Positions 12,529 to 27,822 of a stretch of 64,000 bases of DNA are shown in pieces. Each line of letters opens with the position of its first letter. Position 1 is the stretch's first letter. The stretch lies in the NCBI GenBank assembly GCA_951406725.2, contig OX597814.1:163432001-163496000 (forward strand). Reading direction: 5' to 3'. The stretch comes from Octopus vulgaris. Its lineage: Eukaryota. The translations under genes and the position numbers were made by a program. The notes under the pieces are model-generated. The model was not told the origin of the DNA, did not search any database, and was given only the letters and a program-made list of their open reading frames with translations.

Positions 12529-13076
12529 TGTATGTATGTATATATATAAAGTTTAGTATGAGAAAAATTTCAGATATTTGTCTTAAACATTCAGACAAGC
12601 AAATTCATAATTCAGATGTATGACATATTATTACATTCAAATAACCACATATTTATATTAAGATATAGATGATAAAAATATAGAAATATAAAAATAGAAA
12701 TATAAGAATATAAACATAAACAAATATAATATATATATATTTAAAGATAAGGTATTTTACCCTTATATGGTGGAAATCATGCCAAAACTAACCTCGCCTG
12801 TGCTAGTGCCACATAAAAAGCACTGAGTCCACTCCTCAGAGTGGTTGGTGTTCGGAAGGACATCCAGCCACAAAAACTCTCCCTAAAACATGGTCTGCTC
12901 CTGTCAACTGCTCTACCTATGCATGCATGGAAAATGGACATTAAATGATGATGATAAATATATTATACTTATATTTAAATATAGCTCTTATTTCTAGCAA
13001 TGTAGGTGTTTCTAACACCCTCGTTACATTTAGTAACAAATATAAGTCTCCTTTTTGTGAAACCCTGCAAACTGCA

Positions 13077-13870
13077 GGTTAGCCTGGGCAAAGTTCAGAG
13101 AGCTCTTACCTCTGCTGGTGACAAAGGGCCTCTCACTCAGAGTAAAAGGGAGACTATATGACACATGTGTATGAACAGCCATGCTACATGGCAGTGAAAC
13201 ATGGGCTATAACTGCTGAGGACATGCGTGAGCTCACAAGGAATGAAGCCAGTATGTTCCGATGGATGTGTAATGTCAGTGTACATACTCGACAGAGTGTA
13301 AGTACCTTGAGAGAAAAGTTGGACCTAAGAAGCATCAGCTGTGGTGTGCAAGAGAGACGATTGCGCTGGTATGGTAATGTGGTGAGAATGGATGAGGATA
13401 TCTGTGTGAAAAAGTGCCACATCCTAGCGGTTGATGGAACCTGTGGAAGAGGTAGACCCAGGAAGACCTGGGATGAGGTGGTGGTCCCTCTGTTGGGTCG
13501 ACATTCGGCAGACTCTCTTTCTCCCATTCAATTTCTTTATTCAGCAACCTTTGATAGTGGCATCTCCAAACCACTCTCTATGCAGCCTTGTTTAGTGCAA
13601 GTGAAACATCATCCATGCGGACACATTTCTCTCCTGCGACATAATGATTCTCTCTCACACACTGTCTTGCAACATGAAATATATCAAGTCTTTGGTCCTC
13701 ACAGTGCAGAACATTGGCAAATTTTTCCTTATCTGCTTCTCCTCTGGCTAAATAAACCTTCTCCTAGCTTTCCTTCTGGCAGTCTGATAGAATTCCCTGC
13801 TACCACCGTTCTTCCAGTCCTTCCAAGCCTGTTTCTTTTCCCTAATAGCACTGTCGACAACATCGTTCTA
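13077..13870. mobile_element. RTE LINE fragments joined in opposite orientations (+ 13077-13482, - ~13483-13870)
   Basis: Plus strand: AWAKFRELLP..MLHGSETW..RRLRWYG.V.RM..GRGRPRKTW. The minus part matches upstream RTE sequence also present at ~21610-21820. Confidence 0.85.
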
Positions 13871-13940
13871 CCACATTTTTTAATTCTTTAAAATGTTTCA
13901 ACTTTGAAGTTGAGTTCATTCTGGGACACCACCGTGTATA

Positions 13941-14235
13941 TAATATTTCATAAGCTTCAAGCTTATAAGCAATCATAATGTATTGACTAAAGAAAATAGT
14001 CCAATACTGAAGCATATTAGCTCTCAACAGAAAAAAATGGGTTTTTCATATGCCTGGGACTCAAACACACCTCTGTGTTTTGACAAGTGTGCTACCATTA
14101 CACAAACGTTCACACTTGCCTTTTCCCATCAGAATTAAAAACTATAAGTTCATAGTGTTGTTTTTTATATGCCCCAGCATTAAGTTATTTTCCTTAGTCA
14201 AGATTGCTTATAAGCTTTAAGCTTATAAAATATTA
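13941..14235. mobile_element. MITE-like element with ~50-bp terminal inverted repeats
   Basis: taatatttcataagcttcaagcttataagcaatc..ttgactaaagaaaata is matched by its near reverse complement ending at 14235. Confidence 0.6.
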
Positions 14236-15244
14236 TTATCATTATTTACAGAATTGTAAAACTTATCAAATCAGCACACTTTGTTTATTTATATATATAT
14301 ATAAGAAATAAGTAAGATGTGAAGATAAACAACACATGCAGGTGAGGCCCAGTTAGAATTTTCTTCGGGTTGAGTAGCAAATTCTGCTCAAAATGTCCTT
14401 GAATAAGGTTTGTTTAAGGATGTTGAACAAAACACCCATGTTTCCAGAGGTGAATTATTCAAACCCCTCAAAAATTCCTCTCGACACATGGCTATGATGC
14501 TTCCCCACTACTTCTGTTCATGATCAGAGATGCACATATTGACCTAAAGCGATTTTAAAGTCATTTTCCAAAGGTGTGGTGCAGTGGAGAAACATGACAC
14601 TAAACAATTTGTGTTTAATGTGGTTTACACTAAAAGATAACAAAATAGATATAGACATGATATTTAAAACTGTAAATGATTTAATAAATGTATATAGATA
14701 TATATTTAGCATGGTTCATTGTTGTTTCTGTCATCTCAATATCATTGAACATATAATGAAATAATTAAGTTAAAGAAAAATCCTTGCAGTTGGTTTAAGG
14801 TACAATGCTAAGAGAATTTGTGAGACCCTGGAAGATGAGGAACAAAGTGGTGAGAAATGATCTTCAGCTGTTGAGCCTCACAGAGATGACAAGGATTGAG
14901 ACAAGTGACAATTTGCTGTGTTTGAGAAGATTCACCCAATGAAATAAAATCGAGGCCATAAAGGCATATCCTTTTTGTCTATGCCCACCCCATCTCACAT
15001 ACGATCTGTCTTCTGACAAAACTACCCCACAACCCTTCTTTCCAACACCCCTTCCCCCACCCATGCTCACCAACTGCTGCATTCATCCTCACCTCCCACT
15101 CTCTCCCACATACCTAAGTGGACACAATATGCCCCTGTTGAATCTCTTCCCTATAACATTTCCTCCCAATACCATTCCCTCTACTTGCACCCACTCATTA
15201 CATCCCACCTTCTATCACAACTTCCTTTCACAATTCCATGAACT

Positions 15245-15830
15245 CACCCACTCACCTACCATCTCTAATCTCTGACCCACTCACCTCTAATCTCTAACCC
15301 ACTCAGCTTCTCTAATCTCTGGCCCACACACCTTCTCTAATCTCTGGTCCACTCAGCTTCTCTAATCTCTGGTCCACTCACCTTCTCTAATCTCCGGCCC
15401 ACTCTCCTTCTCTAATTTCTGGTCCACTCACCTTCTCAAATCTCTAGTCCACTCAGCTTCTCTAATCTCTGGTCCACTCACCTTCACTAAGCTCTGGTCC
15501 ACTCACTTTCTCTAATCTCTAGTCCACTCACCTTCTCTAATCTCTAACCCAATCTCCTTCTCTGATTTCTGGCCCACTCACCTTCTCTAATCTCTGGCCC
15601 ACACACCTTCTCTAATCTCTGGTCCACTCACCTCTAATCTCTAGTCCACTAGCCTTCTCTAATCTCTGGCCCACTCACCTTCTCTAATCTCTGGTCCACT
15701 CACCTTCACTAATCTCTGGCCCACTCACCTTCTCTAATCTCTGGCCTACTCACCTTCTCTAATCTCTGACCTACTCACCTTCTCTAATCTTTACCCCCCT
15801 CACCTTCTTTAATCTCTGGCCCACTCACTG
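15245..15830. repeat. Minisatellite with a 25-bp unit (ccactcaccttctctaatctctggy), over 20 copies
   Basis: Tandem units read directly. Confidence 0.95.
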
Positions 15831-16024
15831 TCACCATCATCTTCTCACTCATTCTCCTCTCTTTCTCCACTGTTCCTCTACTTTCTCCCCACCTGAAGCA
15901 GCCATGTTTCATCACCAATGCGAGACTCTTTTTTCTGTCCTTCAATACTACTTTCCATTTCAGTTGAGTTATCATCTCTTGCAAGTTACTTGATAACCCC
16001 GCTGCTGGCAGTACCATGTAATAC

Positions 16025-16345
16025 GCCCCTAGCGTACTCAGTAAAGTGGTTGGCATTTGGAATGGTATCCAGCCATAGAAACCATGTTATTGGGGACATA
16101 ACCACACCAGCATCAGTTGTCAGACGATGGTGAGAGGTCACACACAGCCACACATACACAAATATATAGATATATATATCTGATGGGCTTCTTTCAGTTT
16201 CCGTCTACCAAATCCACTCACAAGGCTTTGGTCATCCCGAGGGTATAGTAGAAGACACTTGCCCAAGATACCATGCAGTGGGACTGAACTCGGAACCATG
16301 AGGTTGGGAAGCAAGCTTCTTACCACAACCACACATGCACCTATA
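16025..16345 (-). mobile_element. tRNA-headed SINE, degraded
   Basis: Reverse-complement similarity to 9421-9700. Confidence 0.7.
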
Positions 16346-16440
16346 AAAATTTTGTGGCAGCCTCCATATGCCAAAACCCCAAATTGAACTGGGGACCTTT
16401 AACTCTTCAGTTTAACATTCTCCCAACTGAGCTATTTTGG

Positions 16441-16528
<88 letters not shown>

Positions 16529-17140
16529 CTACTGAAGAGGTCACAAGAAGCAACAAAAATTTTAGAAACAAAAGAATAATTAATTAGTGTAAACTGAACC
16601 AGTGAGGAGTGTGTTAATTGATAAGACATTAAAACAGAATGACTCTCCCCAGACACAACATATATATATATATATATATATATGTGTGTATATATGTGTA
16701 TTTGCATATATATGTGTATCATATATATACATCATATATATCTATATAGGTAAAAAATGTGTATGTGTGGAAAAATATATATGTATGTGAGTAAGCACAA
16801 ACCTCTGCTAAGGGATTAACAAGGGAAGAAATGATTGTTAGCTCTGCCCCAGAATTTCAATCCAATCCCGTGTATTTCACCATACTTCCTGATCACGTTT
16901 TTCAGCACAGACATGTGACTTGCTTTCACCTTTCTTCCTTAGGATTTAACATTGACCATTAACTTGATTTATTCAAGCCCATGACACGACTGTGATCTTG
17001 ATTTTCATTGTTTAGTTTTCCTTTATTAGCATGACAATATAGTTAAGCGCTTTAATTAGTTTAGCCCTGAAATGTGAACTTGCAAATACACATATATACA
17101 TATATATATATGTATATGTATATATGTATATATATGTATA

Positions 17141-17284
<144 letters not shown>

Positions 17285-17993
17285 TATATGTGTGTGTGTG
17301 TGGCTATATGTGTGTATATATATATATATATATTATACACACACACACATACATATATACATAAGTCTAATGAAACTATTAATTCATGTGTGAATATGTA
17401 GCTACACAGGTATATGCTTGTAGGCGTATATATGTGTATAAGATCACGTTTTAAAATTGGACCACTTGAAGCACAAAGTTTTCTAAAAGAATAAATTAGC
17501 AAAATCAAGGTCACATAGTATTGTAGTTCTGGGTTAACCAGAATTGATGGTCAATTAAAAAAAAAAAAAAGCGTTTTACACCAAATATGAAACAAGGTGA
17601 GAAGAAGTCATGTGTGTAAGTAGAAAACGTGATCAGCAACAAGGCTGAAGTTAGGTGTGCAATAAATCAGAAGGATTTTGTATTCATGTGAACAGATGGG
17701 AAATGTAAGTTTATAATGAAAAACAATCCCTGATTTGTGAGAAGTTAAGGTTCAGCTTACCATTCTCATGCCCTGGAGAATAGAGATTCATATTTATTCA
17801 TTCATATATGCCCACCCACATATACACAAACTTTTAGGCCCACGCACAAAGATATACACGTTTATAAAAATAAAAGTATATATTCATACACGTATTCATG
17901 TTTGTTTCTAAGCACACACATATTAAAATATTTACATATACATTATAATACATACTCACACAAAGGCACTAGCACAGTCTAGCACATCTAATA

Positions 17994-18033
<40 letters not shown>

Positions 18034-18319
18034 GCTCTCAAGTACATTTATAAACTAGAGTGCAAGCTTCTATACAGTTGGTTAGGAGTAGTTTATAAAT
18101 ATCCCCCCAAATCACACCCTAATATAAGAGAAGGAAGTGCTGGGAAATTTAACCCCACACATAAAACACCTTGGAAAATTATGAGATGATTACAGTAGGA
18201 AGACCTTTGATCATAAGTCTACTCAGTCAGTGATAATGTGGGGGTTAAACAATAATACATTTACATACATAAACCTACTTAAACCTTTACACGTATTCAA
18301 GCACATACTGTAGCAATAT

Positions 18320-18725
18320 GGGCAGCGAGCTGGCAGAAATGTTAGCACGCCAGGTGAAATGCTTAACGGTATTTCGTCTGTTTTTACGTTCGGAGTTCAA
18401 ATTCCGCCGAGGTCAACTATGCCTTTCATCCTTTCAGGGTCAATGAATTAAGTACCAGTTGTGCACTGGGGTCGATGTAATCGACTTAATCTGTGTGTCT
18501 GTCCTTGTTTGTCCCCTCTGTGTTAAGCCCTTTGTGGGTAGTAAAGAAATAGGTATTTTGTCTGTTTTTACGTTCTGAGTTCAAATTCCGCCGAGGTTGA
18601 CTTTGCCTTTCATCCTTTTGGGGTCGATAAATAAAGTACCAGTTACGCTCAGTAATCGACTTAATCCCTTTGTCTGTACTTGTCTGTCCCCTCTATGTTT
18701 AGCCCCTTGTGGGCAATAAAGAAAT
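18320..18725 (+). mobile_element. Nin/Deu-domain-like SINE with internal duplication (copy at ~29672-30077)
   Basis: gagctggcagaa A-box, gttcaaattcc B-box and core gactttgcctttcatcctttcggggtcgataaa..gtaccag. Confidence 0.75.
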
Positions 18726-18897
18726 AACATATGGTAGCAATTAATCATACATTTACAGAACTACACACACTCTAATACAACTGCTCACACACTAATACAG
18801 TGTTTCATACATTAATATGTCACTTACACACTAATATACTCATTTAACCATTCACATGTTAAAACAGCTGAGTCAACAACTGACACAGTAATATATC

Positions 18898-19108
18898 TAT
18901 TTCTTTATTACTCACAAGGGGCTAAACATAGAGGGGACAAACAAGGACAGACATAGGTATTAAGTCAATTACATCGACCCCAGTGCGTAACTGGTACTTA
19001 ATTTATCGACCCCGAAAGGATGAAAGGCAAAGTCGACCTTGGCGGAATTTGAACTCACAACGTAACGACAGACAAAATACGGCTACGCATTTCGCCCAGC
19101 GTGCTAAC
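18898..19108 (-). mobile_element. Nin-domain-like SINE present only in duplication copy 1
   Basis: Reverse complement of the 18320 family. It is absent at the equivalent site ~30249. Confidence 0.8.
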
Positions 19109-20356
19109 CCACTCACCAGTACAACCACTCATGCACTGAGTCAAGTACACACTCAAAAACACAACTCTCATATTAACACTACCATATACAGAGAGATACA
19201 CATACACACGCATTAACACAATCATTCACACATTGAGACAACTACTTACACACTAACTTGAACCAACTACAACCATAACACTTACACAAAAGAATAAATG
19301 AATAATTTTATAAATAAATTTCATTTAATCTATTTATGCCCCCAGTAGTAAACAGAAACTTATTTTATTGACTCTAAAAAGATAAAAGGCAAAGTCAACC
19401 TTCATGTAAGTTGAACTCAGAAGGTAAAGAACTAGAAGAAATGCTACTTGACATTTACTCCAGCTTGCTGACTCTGCCTGCTCACCACCTTTTATTCTTT
19501 TAGTAATAAAACTCAGATCATATATTTTTATTGGGTTCTCAGTTAACAATGTTTGTTTAGCTTCTTTCATTAATGATGTCTTATCCCTATAACAAATAAA
19601 ATCTGCTTTCATTCCTCAAAGCCAAATAGCAGTGAAAGTAATGCTTAATAGAAATTAGTTGATATTATTGCAAAGAATTTGAAGAGTAGTGACTTGGCAG
19701 AATTAGTAAAGCATTGGACAAAATGTCATGTAGTGCTTACATTCCTTTAAATTTAGATTCCAAATCCCACTGCAGCCCACTTTGCCTTCATTCTTAAAGT
19801 ATTATTGTCTTTGTGTTAGACAATACCCTTATACCCACTAAATGTGCCCATGTAATAAATTACTGTTGATAGGAATTTGTTACAAAGATATCTAGTTATG
19901 AAGCTCATTTTGCAACTGTACAGTTCTGGGTTGGATCCATGTGAAATTTGACATATAGAAATTGTCTAGAAATTCATTGGAGGGACCATATCTGTTCTTG
20001 GATTATAGACTTAATCCATTTTCCAGTTTAATATACTTGTTGCAGATATTTGTGCCAGGATTGCAGTCTGAGGTTAATTGCTTCTTTTTCTTCCACCTGC
20101 GTTGGAGAGCCTCAAAAAAAAAAAAAAAAGGAGATGAGTGCTGCCCTTCTTTGACTAATCCATTAAAAATAAAGCCCCAATCATCAACATCAAATAATTT
20201 TATATTGATAATGCTAGTTTCTTTTTATAATTTTATCTAACATAGCTCTGGTTCTAAGGTGTAATGGTGAGCACATATCTTTGTACATAGCATAGCATGG
20301 GAAGCAGAATGGATGATTGCCTTCATATATATACTTATACACACACTATATATATA

Positions 20357-21820
20357 TCATCATCATCATCTTTCCTTGCAAGCTTATGTATATTCCCAGC
20401 ATTCATGGCCCATGTTTCACTGCCATGTAGCATAGCTGTTCGCACACATGCATCATATAGTCTACCTTTTAATCTGAGTGAGAGGTCCTTTGTCACCAAC
20501 AGAGAACAGAGGTAGAAGCTCTCTGAACTTTGCCCAGGCTACTCTTATTCTAGCAGCTACACTCTCAGAGCAACCACCCATGCTACTGACTTGGTCACCT
20601 AGGTAACAGAAGCTATCAACTACTTCTAGTTTTTCCCCCCGGCATGTGATGAAATCTGTTTTCTGTACATCTTTGGTGTCTATTGCTCCTGTGCATCTGC
20701 CACACACAAAAACTATCTTCCCAGTTAGCTTTCCACTGATATTGCTGCACCTCTTATGTGTCCTTAGCTTACACCAAGTACATTTTATGGAGTTTCTATC
20801 TATGCCATTTCTACAGATCGAGCAGGGCCATCTACCTGAAGGGATCTGTCATTTGTCTGCCTTCCTACTTATTGAGACTTTGGTTTTTGCTAGACTGACT
20901 CTAAGGCCCTTCGATTCTAGACCTTGCTTCCACAGCTGAAGCTTCTCCTCTAGTTCTGATAGTGACTTACCTATTAGAGAAAAACCATCAGCATAGAGAC
21001 ACTCCCAGGGACATCCTGTCTTGAATTCCTCTGCTATTGCCTGGAGGACTATGATAAATAAGAGGGGGCTGAGGACTGATCTTTGGTGGGCCCCTACTCC
21101 TACATGGAATTCTTCACTGTTCTCATTGCCAACCCTCACCTTACTGACAGCATCCCTGTACATGGCTTGTACAGCTCTCACTAACCACTCATCTATCCCT
21201 TAGGTATTTCTCCTGCAGCTGTCTTACCAGAAATATAGCATCAGTGGTGCTTTTCCCTGGTATGAACCCAAACTGCATCTCGTCTAGACTGAACTCCCTA
21301 ATTAGTAGGGTTATGACCCTCTCCGTGACTTTCATTACCTAATCCAGCAACTTGATACCTCTGTAATTCTTCATATCTAATTCATCACCTTTATCTTTGT
21401 AGCAGCTGACTATGGTGCTGCTTCACTAGCCATTGGGCATGACTCCTTCATATATCACCTGATTGACTATACCAGTGACTAGACTATAGCTGACACTCCC
21501 AGATATTTTAAGCATCTCTGTGATACCTGATGGGCTGGAGGCTTTCCCTGTCTTCATACTCTTAATTGCTTTATCTACCAAGGTACTGTAAATTCAGATA
21601 GCTGGTCCCATTTGGCAGACTCTCTTTCTCCCATTTATTCTCTTCATTTAGCAACCTTTCATAGTGGTGTCTCCAAGTCTCTCTCCTTGCAGCCTCATTA
21701 AATGCAAGTGAGCCAGCATCCATGCAGATACATTTCTCTCCTATGACATCACAATTCACTCTCACACACTGTCTTGCAACATGAAACACTTAAAGTTTTT
21801 GGTCCTCACGATGCAGAACA
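20357..21820 (-). mobile_element. RTE LINE, degraded and internally deleted
   Basis: VG.HQ.SVLSPLLF, LYADG, FCYLG and AWAKFRELLP motifs. Confidence 0.9.
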
Positions 21821-22268
21821 TGCAGGGTCGATAAATTAAATAGCAGTTGTGTACTAGGGTCGATTTAATCAACTGGCCCACTCCCCACAAAAAATTCAGC
21901 CTAGAAAAGTATATTGTGACAGTTACAGAATATAGAAAGTAATGTAACACCAATGACTATATAATCCAACCAAAATATCTCAGTTACACAAACATAAATG
22001 GAATTAATATTCAACCTTAAAATACATTGTACATATTCAAAGAACCTTCTTCGTTTAGTGGTACGGAACGTTTTTCTGGTATTCTTTTACACCATGTTAG
22101 TCCATAGTTCTAGTTTAACTTTGTTTTATAGCATTGGTAAATATTTATCTAAAATTACTTTACTAAGCTTACCTATGTCATATTTATTAGAACATATTAG
22201 GATTTATTAAGACATATTATGACATATTATCATGGGTACCGAATAGTTGTCACATATTACATTTACAG

Positions 22269-23723
<1,455 letters not shown>

Positions 23724-23726
23724 ACA

Positions 23727-23785
<59 letters not shown>

Positions 23786-23825
23786 AATACAGTTTACTTA
23801 GCAAATTTGGTCCTTCATCTGGTAC

Positions 23826-24860
23826 AGCCTATTATAGATATATTTTCAGCCATTCAATTTGTGGGAGAACTTAGTTATGAAGTATTTTTCCATATTCCTC
23901 CTGAATGAGGTGTCGTTCTTTGGACATTGGTAGAAGGGAAAGATCTTAAAATTTCCTTCTGCACATGTAGCTAGGTGTGGACTCAGTGGTATCCTGCGCA
24001 GTTCTTCCTGTCGAACATGTTGTCGGTGAATCCTGGCTCGTTGGCACAAAGAATTTCCAGTTTCACCTATGTAATCTTCCTTGCAAGTGGGGCAGGTTAT
24101 GCAGTATATTACGTTCTACCTCTTGCAGTTCATATCTGCATTTACTTTAAATATGTGACCACTTTTAAATTTCATTTCTTTGTCTCCCTCTATTTATTTG
24201 TAGGTGGGGTTGCTGCAGATCCCACATCTACCATCTCCGCACTCTTTTGCAAAGAATTCAGTATTAGTTTCTGATGAGAATTTCGCTCTTGTTAGATGTT
24301 TCTTTAGGTTTTTGTCTTGTCGTCTACTGTTTTTTATGCAAAATTTGTTTAGTATGTTTTCCATTTTGGGGCTTTGTAAGGCTATTGGCAGGTTTGAATG
24401 TATGATTTGGAACATGTTGGTAATTCCAGGGTTGTGCGTGTTTATGAAAGGGATAATGTTTTCTTTGTTTTTTTGTTTTGGGTGTCCTGAGTTGTGTGAT
24501 GTCTAGTTTCATTGCTTTTGTGATTCCAATTTCTATTAGTTTCAGGGGGCATTTTTGCTCTAGTAGGAAGTTTTTAAGCTCATCTAGTCTTATTAGTCGT
24601 GTTTGTGAGTCAGTTACTATGCTACATATTCGTCTTGCCATACTATATGGGATGTTTCTTTTTGTGTGGGATGGGTGGCAGGAGTGGAAATTTAAATATT
24701 GGTGTGTGTCAGTTTTTTTGTAGTGGATGTCTGTTGTGATGATGGAGTTGTGTATTTTGATGTTGATGTCAAGGAATGGAGGTTTGTTGTGGCTGGTATC
24801 TATTGTGAAGTTGATAGATGGGTGCAGCGTGTTGAGGATGTTGAGGATGTTATGGAATAC
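23826..24860 (-). mobile_element. Penelope-like element fragment: RT C-terminus plus GIY-YIG endonuclease
   Basis: IHYKKTDTHQYLNFHSCHPSHTKRNIPYSMARRI and NVIYCITCPTCKEDYIGE on the minus strand. Confidence 0.9.
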
Positions 24861-25671
24861 TCACTAGAAAATTCCTTATCAAAGAAATAAGGGGTGAAAC
24901 ACTAGAAGAAACAACAATACGTGCAAACCTAGCCCTTTGCCGACTAGAAACGGAAATTTCCCTTCTACAAACAAGAAGCTCACACCAGCATATATCCTGT
25001 ATGATAAAACTTAGTATTTATTTAACTGTCAATCAGTGAGATAGACTAAATCAATTGAAGATCAGACAACAGACTCAGTAGTTGTCAATTTGTATTCTAT
25101 CATTTGTAAATTCAACACAAGAGTCTCTTTTTCAAGTATGGACTGTATTAAACACACGCACACACACACAGAGTTCTACACATATGTTTTGATTTTTGGA
25201 AAATACAACATTGAACAAAGGATATTCTAATATTTGAATGATACCATTTCACTTTAATTTGTGGAACCAGTTGCTCCTGTATGATAAAACTTAATATTTA
25301 TTTAATCAGTGAGATATTAGACTAAATCAATTGAAGATCAGACAACAGACTCAGTAGTTGTCAGTTTGTATTCTGTCATTTGTAACTTCAACACAAGAGA
25401 GTCTCTTTTTCAAGTATGGACTTTATGAAATTTTACTCATCATACGTTGAAGGACAAATCTTTCAATTTACAATTTAATATAGTTGAGCATTTAGTATAT
25501 ATATGTATAAACTTAGATAAACTTAGATATGTTTTGACCAAAGATTGGTCCAGGCCATGTCTAACTTAATAGCACCACCTGATAAAAATAGCATGTTAGA
25601 CAGCGCCTGTGGTTTCAAGGTAGGAAGAATTCACATAGAGTTCAGATTAACAAAGTAACCACATGGCTAAG

Positions 25672-25740
<69 letters not shown>

Positions 25741-26017
25741 ATATGTATATATTTTACCTATTATATACTTTATATTATATTTGTAATTTACTTAATCTTT
25801 ACATTTTTAATTGTTATTTTAATTTTAACATTTCTATATGTAATTTTCTAGATGGTGTAATTTAATTATTCATTTTGAATTGATAAAAGGTGGGTTTTTT
25901 TCTAATATTTTATATATATTTATATATATATATATATAATATCAACACAATTATTTCTCCTTCCTCTTTTTTTTTCCTCTTCTCATTTCTTTCCTTCTCC
26001 AAACTCACAGACACCCC

Positions 26018-26076
<59 letters not shown>

Positions 26077-26388
26077 CCACAAAACAATCATAAAGAATTC
26101 TTCTTCCCTAAACCCAAAAAACCATTTGACCATTCCTCATTAAACACACACACACACACATTCACTACAAACTCAATGCCACTATAAAATGGTCAAAACT
26201 TTTCACACAGGAACTTAGTTTGATTTGAAAACCCCACTAGAATGGGAGGAAGGGCCAATACATGATCTAAGTTATATGATGTATAAAAAATGTAATATAC
26301 AAATAAATATCTGTAAATATAAACCATCTGATTTTCTGAGTACCTCATTTCTTCTAATATAAAATACCTGTACATCATCTCCAAACCT

Positions 26389-26449
<61 letters not shown>

Positions 26450-26454
26450 TACAC

Positions 26455-26488
<34 letters not shown>

Positions 26489-26779
26489 GCAGCATTAAGG
26501 GTTTTAACTCATATTTTTAGCAATATATATATAGCACCCTCAGTCTTGATTAAATTTTTCCTTTATGGCTTTATATTGTGCACTGCTGCTTATAGTAAAC
26601 ACATTACCATATTACTAAATTAACCATAAATTTATATGATACATATATACTGACAGAGGTTTTAGCTGAACCATCCAAGTAATTGGGATAGACACAAGTG
26701 ACGAGTCTGCAATTACCAGACAAAACTTGTCTCGTCCAGTGGTTTTCCAGCTTTGCTCATGGATGATTATCTCCCTTGT

Positions 26780-26815
<36 letters not shown>

Positions 26816-26919
26816 ATGTGTGTGTGCGTGTGCACTTATGCAACTTTAAGGGTTTTAACTCATATTTCTAGCACTATAGGTGCTATTCAGCACCCTTAGT
26901 CACAATTAGTGACCGATTA

Positions 26920-27822
26920 TGTATGTGTGTATGTAAGTAAATCAATCAGTTTGCTCTGTCCATTTTTGGAGAACCCAAGCATTTCTTGATTTCTGTGTAG
27001 ATCTGTTTTTACATAGCCCAGTACACATATGATAATTAGGAGCAAATGAAAATCCGTAGCCTGTGTGTAAGAGCTACAGGTTTCTCATTAGTTCTCCATA
27101 AATATTCTCCTTTTCCCTAATTTTTGAAGACACATTCACATTTTCTGGGCAACTGATCTTAACAACAGTGCATAACTTTTATTCCCTGTCCCATGTCTGG
27201 CCTGCTGTTCTTACACCGGGTTGTTTGTATTGGAATGTTCCACTAGTCTACCTATATTAAAGGGGAAAAAAAAACATGCACACTTTGGCTTTGGCAAGGA
27301 TTCAATGGCACTAGATGTGCTAGGATTGAGCTGAAAATTTACACACCTATAGAAGGCATGGTGTAGTTATGGCCAGAGTAGGTTTCAAGTCTCTATCTCG
27401 ATAGCAAAAATTCCAATTCTATCTCGATAACAAAAATTCCAATTCTAAAGGGTTGAAACAAACCTGAGCAACGTTGGGCGATACTGCTAGTATTCTATAA
27501 CTTTATACATGTGGCTACTCTCCGGTTCTGCTGTTCCACTGGTATAGCAGTCTGGACAATCCTTCCTGTGTGTAATACTGTAAACTACCTTAGCAACAAT
27601 GTCATGTCTCATGGTAAGGTAGTATCTTGAAAATATTTTCAGAAAGCTACTGATAATATGAGTGATATCCACACTGGTATGACACAATCAACACTTTCTG
27701 ACACAGCATGGAGGTTTAGAGGTATCTTCATCTCTTTTGTTGACCAAGTATTTAGTATCTCTTGTTCTTGGATAGCAAAGGCATAACTTTCTTGGTCAGA
27801 TGTAATTTACTTATCACAAGTT
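26920..27822 (-). mobile_element. R4/Dong-like RLE LINE 3' fragment interrupted by a Helitron
   Basis: AFAIQEQE, LCH..VDITHIISS....RYYLTMRHDIVAK and RPD.WDRE fragments. Confidence 0.7.
27247..27490 (+). mobile_element. Non-autonomous Helitron-like insertion
   Basis: Starts TCTACCTATATTAAAG and ends with a GC-rich imperfect hairpin plus CTAG. It has no TSD and splits the LINE coding sequence. Confidence 0.65.

Noticed and set aside
13181-13891. 236-aa ORF as a novel fusion protein
   Set aside because: It is read-through from sense RTE into an inverted RTE fragment.
15245-15830. Possible CRISPR-like array
   Set aside because: The units are head-to-tail with no unique spacers, there are no cas genes, and the context is eukaryotic.
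23800-23830. Hammerhead at the 3' end of the PLE (minus strand ccagatgaaggacc)
   Set aside because: The core is altered and no downstream GAAA box or stems are visible.
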